In this document: piece by piece, positions 31,881-41,981 of the stretch
How positions within the stretch are numbered: the first letter of the stretch is position 1
How the letters are laid out: every line of letters begins with the position of its first letter
Source: an uncultured Planctomycetaceae bacterium
Lineage (GTDB): Bacteria; Planctomycetota; Planctomycetia; Planctomycetales; Planctomycetaceae
Assembly (NCBI GenBank): GCA_963813715.1
Contig: CAWFAK010000007.1
Span: 128,001 to 192,000, forward strand
Length of the DNA: 64,000 bases
Direction: 5' to 3'
The notes under the pieces: model-generated
What the model saw: only the letters and a program-made list of their open reading frames with translations
The model's database searches: none
What the model was told of the DNA's origin: nothing
Position numbers and translations under genes: made by a program

Positions 31881-34800
31881 ATGAGCGACTGGGAATTCTG
31901 GATCGACGTCGGCGGGACGTTCACCGATTGCCTCGCCCGCGCCCCCGACGGGCGTGTGCTCACGCGGAAGGTCCTCAGCTCGGGCGTCACGAAAGGCACG
32001 GTGACTTCGGCTTTCGCAACCGATCGCTTCGGCGATGACGCCCGTCGCGGCGATCCCGACGATTTCTGGCGCGGCTACGAAGTTCGCATTGCCGGTGCCG
32101 GATCCCAAACACACGCGCGCCGGGTCACAGCCTTTGACGGCACAGCCGGAATCTTTACGCTCGATCCGCGTCTGCCTCGGCCGCTCGAAACCGGGCACGC
32201 GCTACGAACTGGCCTCTGGCGAAGACGCCCCGCTGCTGGCGATTCGCCAGGTCCTCGGACTGCCACTCGACCAACCGCTGCCGCCCTTGGTGGTGAAGCT
32301 CGGCACAACGCGGGGCACCAACGCCCTGCTGACGCGGACCGGGGCTCGGACCGCCTTCGTCACGACACGGGGCTTCGCCGACGTGCTCAAGATCGCCAAC
32401 CAGGACCGTCCCCGGCTGTTTGATCTGGAAATCCACAAGCCCGAGCCGCTCTTTGCCGCCGTCGTCGAGATCGACGAACGTCTCGACGCCTTCGGCACCG
32501 TGCTGCGGGCCCCCCGACTGGACGAAGTCCGCCAGTCGCTGGCTCCGCTTGCGTGAGGAAGGCATCGAGTCCTTGGCGATCTGCCTGTTGCATGCGTTTG
32601 CCAACTCGGCTCACGAGGAGTTGGTCGAACAAGTTGCGCGGGAGGTTGGCTTTAGCGAGATCAGCCGTTCGAGCCGACTTGCACCGCTGATCAAGATCGT
32701 CTCGCGGGGCGATACGACGGTCGTCGACGCCTACCTCAACCCGGTGCTGCGTTCCTACGTGGAGCGGTTGCATCGGGCGCTCGGCACCGGCCGGCTCAAG
32801 CTGATGACGTCGGCCGGCGGACTCGTCGACGCCACTCGCTTCGTCGGCAAGGACAGCATCCTGTCGGGTCCGGCGGGCGGCGTCATCGGCTTTTCCCGCG
32901 TGGCGCAGCGGGCCGGCTTCGAGCGGTCGATCGGCTTCGACATGGGTGGCACCAGCACCGACGTCTCGCGTTTTGCCGGCGAGTACGAGCGGGAATACGA
33001 GGTGCAAAAGGCGGGCGTCCGCATCGTCGCCCCCATGCTGGCCGTCGAAACCGTCGCGGCCGGCGGCGGCAGCATCTGCGACTTCGACGCCGTCAAACTT
33101 GTTGTCGGCCCAGCGAGCGCCGGCGCCGACCCGGGTCCGGCCTGCTACGGTCGCGGCGGCCCGCTCACCGTCACCGACGCCAATCTGCTGCTGGGTAAGC
33201 TCCCACCGAACCACTTTCCGTTTCCCCTCGATTACGAGGCGGCCAGGCAACGGATCGGTGACCTGTGCGAGCGGATCGCGTCGGCGGAGAACGGCCGGCG
33301 GCTGTCGGTGACGGAGCTGGCGCAGGGCTTCATCGACGTCGCCAACGCGAACATGGCCCGGGCCATCCATCGCATCTCTGTCGCCAAGGGATACGACCCC
33401 GCCGACTACGTGCTGGTCGCTTTCGGCGGAGCGGGCGGGCAACACGCCTGCGCCGTCGCTCGCGAGCTGGGCATCCGCCAGATCCTGATCTCGCCGCAGG
33501 CCGGCGTGCTGAGTGCTTACGGCATCGGTCTGGCCGACGTGCGCCGCTACGGCGAGCGGTCGGTGCTGCAATCGTATTCCACAGAAACACTTGCCGCGCT
33601 CGAGCCGATCTGGCAGGAATTGGAAGACAAAAACCGGCAGGACGTTCTCGCAGATGGCGTGGCTGCGGCCAACATCAGCCCGCCGCTGCGGTCGCTCGAC
33701 ATGCGGTATCGCGGCGTCGAGGCGACGCTGAATGTCGCGACTCCCACCGACGGGGATTTCGCCGCACGCTACGAGCAACTGCACGAGCAGCTCTACGGCT
33801 ACCGTCACGCCGGCCGTCCGATCGAGGTCACGGCCGCTCGCGTCGAAGTCGTCGGCTCCTTGCCCGCCCCGGAAGAGCCGGTCGCCGAGACCGTCCCGAG
33901 AAGCGCGCAGCCGCGGACGACAACAGACGTGATCTTCGCTGGCCACCCGCAGCCCACCGCCGTTTTCCTCCGCGACGATCTGCGACCCGGCGACGAATTC
34001 GACGGCCCGGCCATCGTCTGCGAGCCGACGTCGACCGTCGTGGTCGATCCCGGATTCCAGGCGCGGCTGCTGGCTCGGGGCGAACTGCTGCTCACTGACG
34101 TCCGGCGCCCGCAAACATCCAACCTTTCGACCGACGTCGATCCGATCCAACTGGAGATCTTCAACAATCTGTTCGCCTCGATCGCCGAACAGATGGGGAC
34201 CACCCTCGAGCGCACGGCCATCTCGACGAATGTGAAGGAACGCCGCGACTTCAGCTGCGCGATCTTTTCGGCCACGGGCCAACTGGTCGTCAACGCGCCG
34301 CATATCCCGGTGCACCTGGGGGCGATGGGCGAAACCGTCAAACACATCCTGTCCGAGGTCGGGCCAATCGCCCCGGGAGACGTCTTCGTCACCAACGATC
34401 CGTACCGCGGCGGGTCGCACTTGCCGGACGTCACCGTCGTCACGCCGGTGCACGACCCGCGCACGGGCGCGCTCTTGTTCGCAACGGCCAGCCGCGCCCA
34501 TCACGCGGAGATTGGCGGAATCGTACCGGGAAGCATGCCGCCGTTCTCCCGCGTGCTCGGCGACGAGGGTGTGCTCATCAGCGATTTCAAACTGGTCGAT
34601 CGCGGCCAGTCGCGCGAGGACGACCTGCGGCAGCTCCTGCTCGCCGGCCCGCATCCCACCCGCAACGTCCATGACAATCTCACCGACATCGCCGCGCAGG
34701 TTGCCGCGAACGCCATTGGGGCCAACCAGCTCCGCCGGCTGGTCGAGCGCTACTCGCTGCCGGTCGTCGCGGCTTACATGGAGCACATTCAGCAAGCGGC

Positions 34801-35680
34801 CGCGCGGAAGATGCGATCCGCCCTTTCGCGGATCCCGGACGGCGTCTATTCCCGCACCGATCATCTCGACGATGGTTCCCCCATCTGCGTAGCGATCAGG
34901 AAGACCGGAGACCGCGCGGTCGTCGACTTCACCGGCACCGGTCCGGTGTTGCCGACGAACCTGAATGCGAATCGGGCCATCGTGACGGCCGCCGTACTGT
35001 ACGTCTTTCGCTGCCTGATCAATGAAGACATCCCGCTCAATGGCGGCGTGCTCGAGCCGGTCGAGATCGTGCTGCCGCGGTGCCTGCTCAATCCCGAGCC
35101 CGCAGTCGACCCCGCACAATCTCCGGCCGTCGTCGGCGGCAACGTCGAAACGTCGCAACGCGTGGTCGACACGTTGTTGGGCGCGCTGGGGGCGGCGGCC
35201 AGCCAGGGGACGATGAATAATCTGACCTTCGGTGACGGCTCCTTCGGTTATTACGAAACGATCTGCGGCGGCAGCGGCGCGACAGCCAACGCCCCCGGAG
35301 CCGACGCCGTCCATACGCACATGACCAATACACGGCTGACCGATCCGGAAGTCATCGAACGCCGTTATCCAGTGCGCGTCCATGAGTTTTGTATCCGCCG
35401 GGGCTCGGGCGGCGCCGGCCACCACCGCGGTGGCGACGGCGTCGTCCGGCGCTTGGAATTTCTGCGGCCGCTCACCCTTTCGATGCTCTCGGAACGCCGC
35501 GAGCGTTTCGCCCCCTTCGGCCTCAATGGGGGCCAAGAGGGAGTCAAAGGACGCAATACCCTCCAGCGTGCCGGTTCCGAAGAAGTCGACGACGTCGGCG
35601 GAAAGTTCGCCCTCGAAGTCCAGCCGGGTGACGTGCTCACGATCGAGACGCCGGGCGGCGGCGGATTCGGCGCCGCGTAG
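31881..35680 (+). CDS. Fused ATP-dependent 5-oxoprolinase / hydantoinase A+B protein (frameshifts near 32200 and 32550)
   Basis: [68 protein letters not shown] and TPGGGGFG motifs. Confidence 0.92.
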
Positions 35681-35879
35681 CTTTGCTCCAAGCTGCGACC
35701 GCCGTCATACCACAACCGTGCCCAATCGATCTCAGTCAGCCACACATGACGAACTGTCGCCGTTTCGTTAGCCTAAGGCGCAGAAAGTGATCCCCGACCA
35801 ACAACCACACAATCTCTGAAGGAGCCGCGCACGAACTCAGCGATGCGCGAAAACCTTCTGCTACGGAATAGGAGCCCCC

Positions 35880-36419
35880 ATGGCCGGCAACCGTAAAGCC
35901 GACGTCGATGCCGCTGTTAAGGAAATCGATTTCGACAAGAACAGCTACCAGATCGAGCTCGACACCTCGCTGGGCAAGATCCTGCTCGATCTCGACGGTC
36001 AGTCCGCTCCCGGCCACGTCAAGAACATGATCGGGCTTGCGAAGATCGGCTTCTACGACGGTGTCCTTTTTCATCGGATCATCCGCGGCTTCATGATCCA
36101 AGGCGGCTGCCCCCTCGGCACGGGGACGGGAGACGCCGGCTACAAAATCAAGGCTGAATTCAACGCCACGCCCCACGAGGCGGGCGTGCTGTCGATGGCC
36201 CGCGCCACCGACCCAAACTCGGCCGGCTCGCAGTTCTTCATCTGCCTCGACCGCCATACCCACCTCGATCGCCAATACACGGCCTTCGGCAAAACGGCCG
36301 ACGCCGCCAGCCTGGCTGTCGTCAAAAAGATCGGCGAAGTCAAAACCGACGGCCGCGACCGACCGGTGAGCGACGTGACGATCAAATCCGCCCGGGTGAT
36401 CGCCAAGCCGAAGGCGTAG
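35880..36419 (+). CDS. Cyclophilin-type peptidyl-prolyl cis-trans isomerase
   Basis: FYDGVLFHRIIRGFMIQGG, LSMAR..PNSAGSQFFI, HLDRQYTAFG; AGGAG SD. Confidence 0.96.
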   Translation: MAGNRKADVDAAVKEIDFDKNSYQIELDTSLGKILLDLDGQSAPGHVKNMIGLAKIGFYDGVLFHRIIRGFMIQGGCPLGTGTGDAGYKIKAEFNATPHEAGVLSMARATDPNSAGSQFFICLDRHTHLDRQYTAFGKTADAASLAVVKKIGEVKTDGRDRPVSDVTIKSARVIAKPKA

Positions 36420-36439
36420 AACCCTTAGGCGGAGGAACT

Positions 36440-37110
36440 CCCAAACGTGTCCGGGCCCGCGTCCCGCGCAGTCGGGCGGGGTTTGACCGCTTCGCGATTT
36501 GGTTCAACGGGCTCGAGGGATGTGGGCACGAGCCGTGTCCCCGAGTCCCGTCCCAATTCAATCCCGTCCCGTCCGCGGGTCCCTTTCCAGGAAGGTGTCC
36601 GGACCGGACCTTGGTCCGCCATAAGTCATTGCCGGGCAGAGACTACGGCCGGACTCCTTCGATTCGACCGGAGGAGACCGGAGCCGGGACCAAGTCCGAC
36701 TCCCGACCTGGTGTCCCAACCATTCGAGTCCCCGTCCCCGATCAGCCTGCTTGCACTGGGCCTTGGACTCATTTGATGTCTGTCCCAATCAATCCCGTCC
36801 CAAGGTCCGAGTCCCGTCCCGCCTTTGGTCCCTTTCCACGAAAGTGTCCGGACCGTTGTGCCGCCCTGATCCGTTGGCGGAACCGACCTTGGACTTTTGA
36901 GTCGGGACGTTGGACTCGCCGGCCCCCTGCCGGCGCGTGTCCTGTCCCAGCCCCAGTCCCGACAAAACACGAGTCCCGTCCCGTCGTGTTGCGGCCAAAG
37001 TGAGTCAAACTGACTCGCGGAGCGTGTCGGCCGAACGGCGCGCAATCGCTGCGCCGGCATTCGTCCCTTTCGGACGCGCCCGCTCTTATTGTCCGCGCGT
37101 CCGCATTTGG
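36440..37110. repeat. Non-coding GTCC/GGAC-rich degenerate repeat tract with 29-nt hairpin direct repeats
   Basis: About 29 GTCC on the + strand by hand count; 29-mers at 36578-36606 and 36827-36855 are 27/29 identical; GTCCCAAT(T)CAATCCCGTCCC at 36550 and 36782; GAGTCCCGTCCC three times. Confidence 0.8.
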
Positions 37111-37246
37111 AACTAGACCGAGTTTCTACGGCCCTGGAACTCAATCGAAGAATTTATTTGAAGCAACTTCGCCAAGGGTGGCGCCTCGGTCCACGGTCAC
37201 GGGACGCTTGATGACTCGCCCAAACGGAGCGTGCACTGCAGCTCTC

Positions 37247-37968
37247 CTAACGCAGAGCACTGACTGACCGGCCAGCGGCCTGCGAAATCTTCGCCTTCCG
37301 GCGGTGGGCATCGCCGACGTATTGCTGCTCGCGGTTCTCGGGCTTGAGCATTTCGGCCACGGCGTATTCGTCCGGATTGGCGTCGAACATCTCGCGGAGG
37401 ATCGGATTCTCGTCGAAGCAATCGACGAAGTAGTTCCACCAAGTGTTCCATTCGCCAGTGTCGGGCCGCAGAGTCTCCCGCTGCGCGTAGGCCGTATCCA
37501 TGAAGTCGGCCAGCGCCTCCACACCGATCAGAACCAAGGCCTGCTCTTCGGCACTCGCCTTGTCGAACCGAGCCTTCACCCGGTCGCTGTGCTCCTTCGC
37601 AGACAACTTCGAGTCTGGACGTTTCTTGAAGTAATCGTACAGGCTCGGATGATCCTGCAAGAACCGCGTGGTTGTGTTGACCTGCGTATAAAAGGTGGCG
37701 GACTGCTGGTTCTGAAAGGCCCGCACGAATTGATCCAGGTGTTTGCGTTGCACATCGAGCTGGCGCTGAAATCGCTCTCGCTCCTCGGCGCTGGCGTTGG
37801 TCTGCGCAGCGATCTGTTCCTTGAGTTGCGTGTTTTGCACGCTGAAGGCTTCATACGCGACGGCCAGGGCGGCAAGCGTGGCCAGCGAGCCCAACACGGT
37901 TCCCCATTGGCGCAGAGGCTGGCGTGCTCGTTGACTCGAATCACAATCGCGCGAAAGCGCCGCATCAT
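37247..37968 (-). CDS. Hypothetical protein with N-terminal TM, coiled coil and helical domain (probable frameshift near 37905)
   Basis: ORF 37247..37897; AAGGAG SD and ATG at 37968 lie in the adjacent frame, and adding one base gives ...ANWGTVLGSLATL... Confidence 0.7.
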
Positions 37969-38061
37969 CTGCCTGCTCCTTGCAAAAGCGTGAGTCGAAC
38001 TCGAATTTGCGAACAGACTAACGCCGATCAGTCGTGGACTTGAGCGTGGTATAGTAACGCA

Positions 38062-38855
38062 ATGGTTGAACGATCGGCTTTTTCGACGGGCCAGCAAGTC
38101 CGTCTCGCATGTCGGCGCAAGGCTTCACCAGCCAGACGTCCGGACTGGCGGAAGGGTTCGCACAGGCGAACCTGGTTGTGCTGCCGGCTGCGGTCGCCGC
38201 GGACTTTCAAGAATTCTGCCGCCGCAATCCGAAGCCTTGTCCGCTGTTGGACGTCACCGAGCCGGGCAATCCGGTGCCGGCGCGTTTGGCGGCCGACGCC
38301 GATCTGCGGACCGACTTGCCTCGCTATCGCGTCTGGAAGAACGGAGAGCTGGCGGGCGAAGTCACCGATCTCGTGGACCTGTGGCGCGACGACTTCGTGA
38401 GCTTTTTGATCGGCTGCTCGTTCACCTTCGAGGCCGCCCTGGTCCGCGCGGGACTTGCCGTGCGACACCTCGACTTGGGCGTCAACGTGGCCATGTATCG
38501 CACCAATCGACCGTGCGTGAGTGCCGGCCCGTTTCGCGGCCCGCTCGTCGTGTCGATGCGTCCCTTCAAGCCGGCCGACGCCATTCGGGCCGTGCAGATC
38601 ACGTCGCGCTACCCGGCCGTGCACGGAGCGCCCGTTCACATCGGCATGCCGGGCGATCTGGGAATCGGCGATCTGGCCCGGCCCGACTACGGTGACGTTG
38701 TGCCCGTCGCGGCCGACGAGTTGCCCGTGTTTTGGGCCTGCGGCGTCACACCGCAAGCAGTCCTCGCGTCGGCCCGTTTGCCGCTGGCGATAACGCACAG
38801 CCCGGGCTGCATGTTCGTCAGCGACGTGCACGACGAATCGCTGGCGACATTTTGA
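38062..38855 (+). CDS. DUF1445 / D-glutamate cyclase-like putative hydro-lyase (frameshift near 38115)
   Basis: [52 protein letters not shown] and THSPGCM motifs. Confidence 0.9.
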
Positions 38856-38887
38856 CGGCGCCGCGATCGGACGTTTTCGGCGAGCAC

Positions 38888-38981
38888 GTAGGGCAAGCTG
38901 CCAGCTTGCCCGTAGACCGCTACTTCCGGCCGCAAAGCCCACTGCAACCGAGACAGCGGGCAAGCTGGTAGCTCGCCCTAC
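38888..38981. repeat. GTAG-type REP doublet (REPIN-like inverted pair)
   Basis: GTAGGGCAAGCTGCCAGCTTGCCCG (38888-912) and an inverted copy (38957-981), 23/25 identical; each arm is internally palindromic. Confidence 0.8.
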
Positions 38982-39065
38982 TTGAGCGCATTCGTCGACG
39001 ACGGACCATAGAATTGCCTCTCGGGGCAGCTCCTCAAGTTTGCGAGATCATCCTTGGTAATCACG

Positions 39066-40013
39066 ATGCGTTACGACCTGAATCTGCGAGCGGCCCAACT
39101 CGTCGAGCGGGTCGCCACGAGCGCCGACGACTTCCGCATTCGCAGCTCAACGGTCGAAGAGGCCCAGGTTCTGGACTTCGGCGTCCGCACCGAAGGAGGG
39201 CTCGACGCAGGGCAGGCGCTCGCGGAGATCTGCATGGCCGGATTGGGCTGGGTCTCGATCCAGGCGTCCGACCTGCTCGATGGGAGCTGGCCGCACGTGT
39301 TTGTCACGACCGATCACCCGGTGGCCGCCTGTCTGCTGTCGCAATACGCGGGCTGGCAGGTCAACGTCGATCGGTTCTTCGCGATGGGTTCGGGGCCGAT
39401 GCGGGCGGCCTACGCGCGGGAGCCGATCTTTACGAAGCTCGATTACCGCGAATCTCCGGGCGAGGTGGTCGGCGTTCTCGAAGGACGCAAGCTGCCCGAC
39501 GCGTCCGTGGTCCGTTATCTCTGCGAGCGCACGGGAGTCACCTCCGACCGGCTGAGGCTGTTGGTCGCGCCGACGGCCAGCCAGGCCGGCAACGTGCAGA
39601 TCGCCGCCCGCTCGGTCGAGACGGCCCTGCACAAGCTGGCCGAGCTGGGTTTCGACGTGCAGCAAGTCAAAAGCGCCTGCGGGAGCGCTCCGCTGCCGCC
39701 CGTCGCGGCCGACGACATGGCTGCGATCGGCCGCACGAACGACGCCATCTTGTACGGCGCCCGCGTCACGCTCTGGGTTCGGGGAGACGACGCGGCCCTC
39801 GCCGCCATCGGCCCCAAAGTGCCGGCTAACTCGTCGCCGGCCTTCGGCAAGCCTTTCGCCGAGGTGTTCGAGGCGGCCGGCCGAGATTTCTACAAGATCG
39901 ACCCGCATCTCTTCAGCCCGGCTGAGATCACGTTCTGCAACCTCGAGACGGGCAAGGTCCAGCGTTTCGGCAAAACTCAGCCCGAAATCCTGCGGACCTC
40001 CTTCGGCCTGTGA
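39066..40013 (+). CDS. mch: Methenyltetrahydromethanopterin cyclohydrolase
   Basis: ACLLSQYAGW, FAMGSGPMRA, APTASQAGNVQIAARSVE, GRTNDAILYG and DFYKIDPHLFSPA motifs. Confidence 0.95.
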   Translation: MRYDLNLRAAQLVERVATSADDFRIRSSTVEEAQVLDFGVRTEGGLDAGQALAEICMAGLGWVSIQASDLLDGSWPHVFVTTDHPVAACLLSQYAGWQVNVDRFFAMGSGPMRAAYAREPIFTKLDYRESPGEVVGVLEGRKLPDASVVRYLCERTGVTSDRLRLLVAPTASQAGNVQIAARSVETALHKLAELGFDVQQVKSACGSAPLPPVAADDMAAIGRTNDAILYGARVTLWVRGDDAALAAIGPKVPANSSPAFGKPFAEVFEAAGRDFYKIDPHLFSPAEITFCNLETGKVQRFGKTQPEILRTSFGL

Positions 40014-40056
40014 GCGGGGTGGCCGGTTCAGCGCTGGCGGGGCGGTGCAAACGAAC

Positions 40057-40932
40057 ATGAAGATCGCGATCCTCGCCAAGCCGCAGAGCTGGTACTACCG
40101 CGACTTGTCGCGCGCGGCCGCCGAGCGCGGACACCGCTGCTGGCGCATCGATTTTCCCAAGCTCGTTGCGTCGCTCGGAGCCTCGAGAACCGGGCTGACT
40201 GCTGGAGACGAGGAGCTTTCATCGTTCGACGCGGTGATCGTCCGCACGATGCCTCCCGGTTCGCTCGAGCAGGTTGTCTTTCGCATGGACGCGCTCTGGC
40301 GGCTCGAGGCGGCCGGCGTCTGTGTGCTCAATCCGCCCAAGGCGATCGAATGCGCGGTCGACAAGTACCTCGCCAGTGCGCGTCTCGAGCGGGCCGGACT
40401 GACCGTTCCGTCCACCGTGGTCTGCGAACGGGCCGACGACGCGCTGGCCGCGTTCGAGCGGCTAGAGGGCGACGTCGTGATAAAACCCCTCTTCGGCTCC
40501 GAGGGGCGCGGCATCGTCCGCGTGAGCGATCCGGAAATGGCCCTTCGTGCCTGCCGCACGCTGGAACGCCTGGGGGCCGTTCTTTACCTGCAGCGGTTCA
40601 TCGAGAACGAGGGTTTCGACATCCGCGTGCTCGTGCTCGACGGCCGCGTGCTAGGAGGCATTCGGCGGCGCGCCAACGGCGACTTTCGCGCAAACGTCTC
40701 CTGCCGCGGCACCGCCGAGCCGCACGAAATCACCGAGCGCGAGGCCGCGTGCGCGATCGCCGCTACCCGAGCCACCGACGCGAGTTTCGCGGGCGTCGAC
40801 CTGCTTTACGGCCGCGACGGCACCTGTTATGTCATCGAAGTCAACGCGGTGCCCGGTTGGCAGGCGTTTGGCCGCGTCACCGGCATCGACGTCGCGGCCG
40901 AAGTGATCGCCCGACTCGAAGACCGCGGCTGA
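40057..40932 (+). CDS. RimK-family ATP-grasp glutamate ligase (Orf5/MptN-like)
   Basis: GSLEQVVFRMDAL, VDKY, IKPLFGSEGRG, DIRVLV, GVDLL and IEVNAVPGW motifs; adjacent to mch. Confidence 0.9.
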   Translation: MKIAILAKPQSWYYRDLSRAAAERGHRCWRIDFPKLVASLGASRTGLTAGDEELSSFDAVIVRTMPPGSLEQVVFRMDALWRLEAAGVCVLNPPKAIECAVDKYLASARLERAGLTVPSTVVCERADDALAAFERLEGDVVIKPLFGSEGRGIVRVSDPEMALRACRTLERLGAVLYLQRFIENEGFDIRVLVLDGRVLGGIRRRANGDFRANVSCRGTAEPHEITEREAACAIAATRATDASFAGVDLLYGRDGTCYVIEVNAVPGWQAFGRVTGIDVAAEVIARLEDRG

Positions 40933-41011
40933 CTGCACTCGTCGTGGTCCCAGTGCTGGCAGCGTTTTGGACCCAACCGCCAATTTGCTGGTTGAGTGTA
41001 GGAACGAATTG

Positions 41012-41941
41012 ATGGACGTTGCGGAAGTGACCAACAGCCTGGCCCGACATCTGCCGGGCGTGCTTCGCTGGTGCGGTGCGCTGGCGAAGAGCTTGCGCGG
41101 GCACAACATCGCGCTGTCGGGCAAGCACAGCGGCAGCGCCAACACCGACGCGCTGACGCTCGCCGATCTCACGATCCAGGAGCTGATTGTCGCCGCTCTC
41201 CGCGATGCCGACCCCGTGCTGCGGACGTGCCGCATCGAAGCCGAGGAAGGAACCGGCGACCTCGCGCGTTTCGCCCGCGAGAGCGACCTCGTGCTGTCGA
41301 TCGATCCGATCGACGGCACCAAACAGTATCGCGACCGGACCGGCAACGGCTATGCCGTGATGCTGCATCTCCGCAACCGACAGACGGTGCTCTATTCGCT
41401 CGTCTTCGTGCCCGAGTGCGGCCCGCAGGGCACGTGGGTCGAAGTGCACGACAGCCGCATTCTCACCGGTCCCGACGATTCCAGCCGCCCGGCCCGCCAA
41501 GTGCTCGATGCTCTGCGGCCAGTCGATCGCGCCCGTCTGCCCGAGTCGAAAAAAATCTACGTCATCGGCTTTCAGACGCGCGATCCCGAGCGGGCCAGCG
41601 ACCTGGCGTCGGTCGGCCTCGAAGGACACACGTCAGAGACGATGGACGGCAGCATCTACGAATTGCTGGCCCGGGGCGCATACGGCGGATCGCTGATTCA
41701 CTCGCCCAACGTTTACGACTTCCCGGTCTCCCTGCAGATTGCCCGCGCGCTCGGCGGCGACGCGGTCTGGGTGCACAACCGCGAGAGCGTCCATTTCGGC
41801 CAGACGTGGATCGACGAACGCGCGAACATGATTCGGCTACCGGGAATCGTCGCCTGCAGTCCGTCGCGGGCGACGCTCGACAAACTCTGTGATCTGGCCC
41901 GCGACTGGAACCCGAACCGCTATCCGCCCGAAGGTTCGTAA
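41012..41941 (+). CDS. Inositol monophosphatase (FIG) family phosphatase
   Basis: LTLADL..QE, IEAEE, IDPIDGT and YD motifs. Confidence 0.85.
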   Translation: MDVAEVTNSLARHLPGVLRWCGALAKSLRGHNIALSGKHSGSANTDALTLADLTIQELIVAALRDADPVLRTCRIEAEEGTGDLARFARESDLVLSIDPIDGTKQYRDRTGNGYAVMLHLRNRQTVLYSLVFVPECGPQGTWVEVHDSRILTGPDDSSRPARQVLDALRPVDRARLPESKKIYVIGFQTRDPERASDLASVGLEGHTSETMDGSIYELLARGAYGGSLIHSPNVYDFPVSLQIARALGGDAVWVHNRESVHFGQTWIDERANMIRLPGIVACSPSRATLDKLCDLARDWNPNRYPPEGS

Positions 41942-41981
41942 GCCCGGCGAGCTACCGTTACGACCCGTTCCGTTCCAGCCG

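Noticed and set aside
32387..35536. 1049-aa minus-strand ORF and similar long antisense ORFs (5618..7183, 9233..10960, 45127..46815, 52720..54576)
   Set aside because: Shadow ORFs opposite well-supported genes, expected in GC-rich DNA; they carry no motifs.
31881..35680. Oxoprolinase as the methanofuran-pathway MfnF/Orf9-type enzyme
   Set aside because: It is a full A+B fusion of about 1260 aa typical of 5-oxoprolinases, not the short hydantoinase-A-only type.
36613..36645. dif/Xer-like site (GGTCCGCCATAAGTC...)
   Set aside because: Only a loose resemblance to the XerC arm; no XerD arm (TTATGTTAAAT-like).
36578..36855. CRISPR array from the 29-nt palindromic repeats
   Set aside because: Only two good copies, about 220 nt apart; the intervening DNA is itself repetitive; no cas genes in the window.
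36420..37144. Short ORFs on both strands across the GTCC tract
   Set aside because: Their Pro/Ser/Arg or Gly/Thr/Asp bias simply reflects the DNA motif; no SD, no consistent frame, no protein motif.
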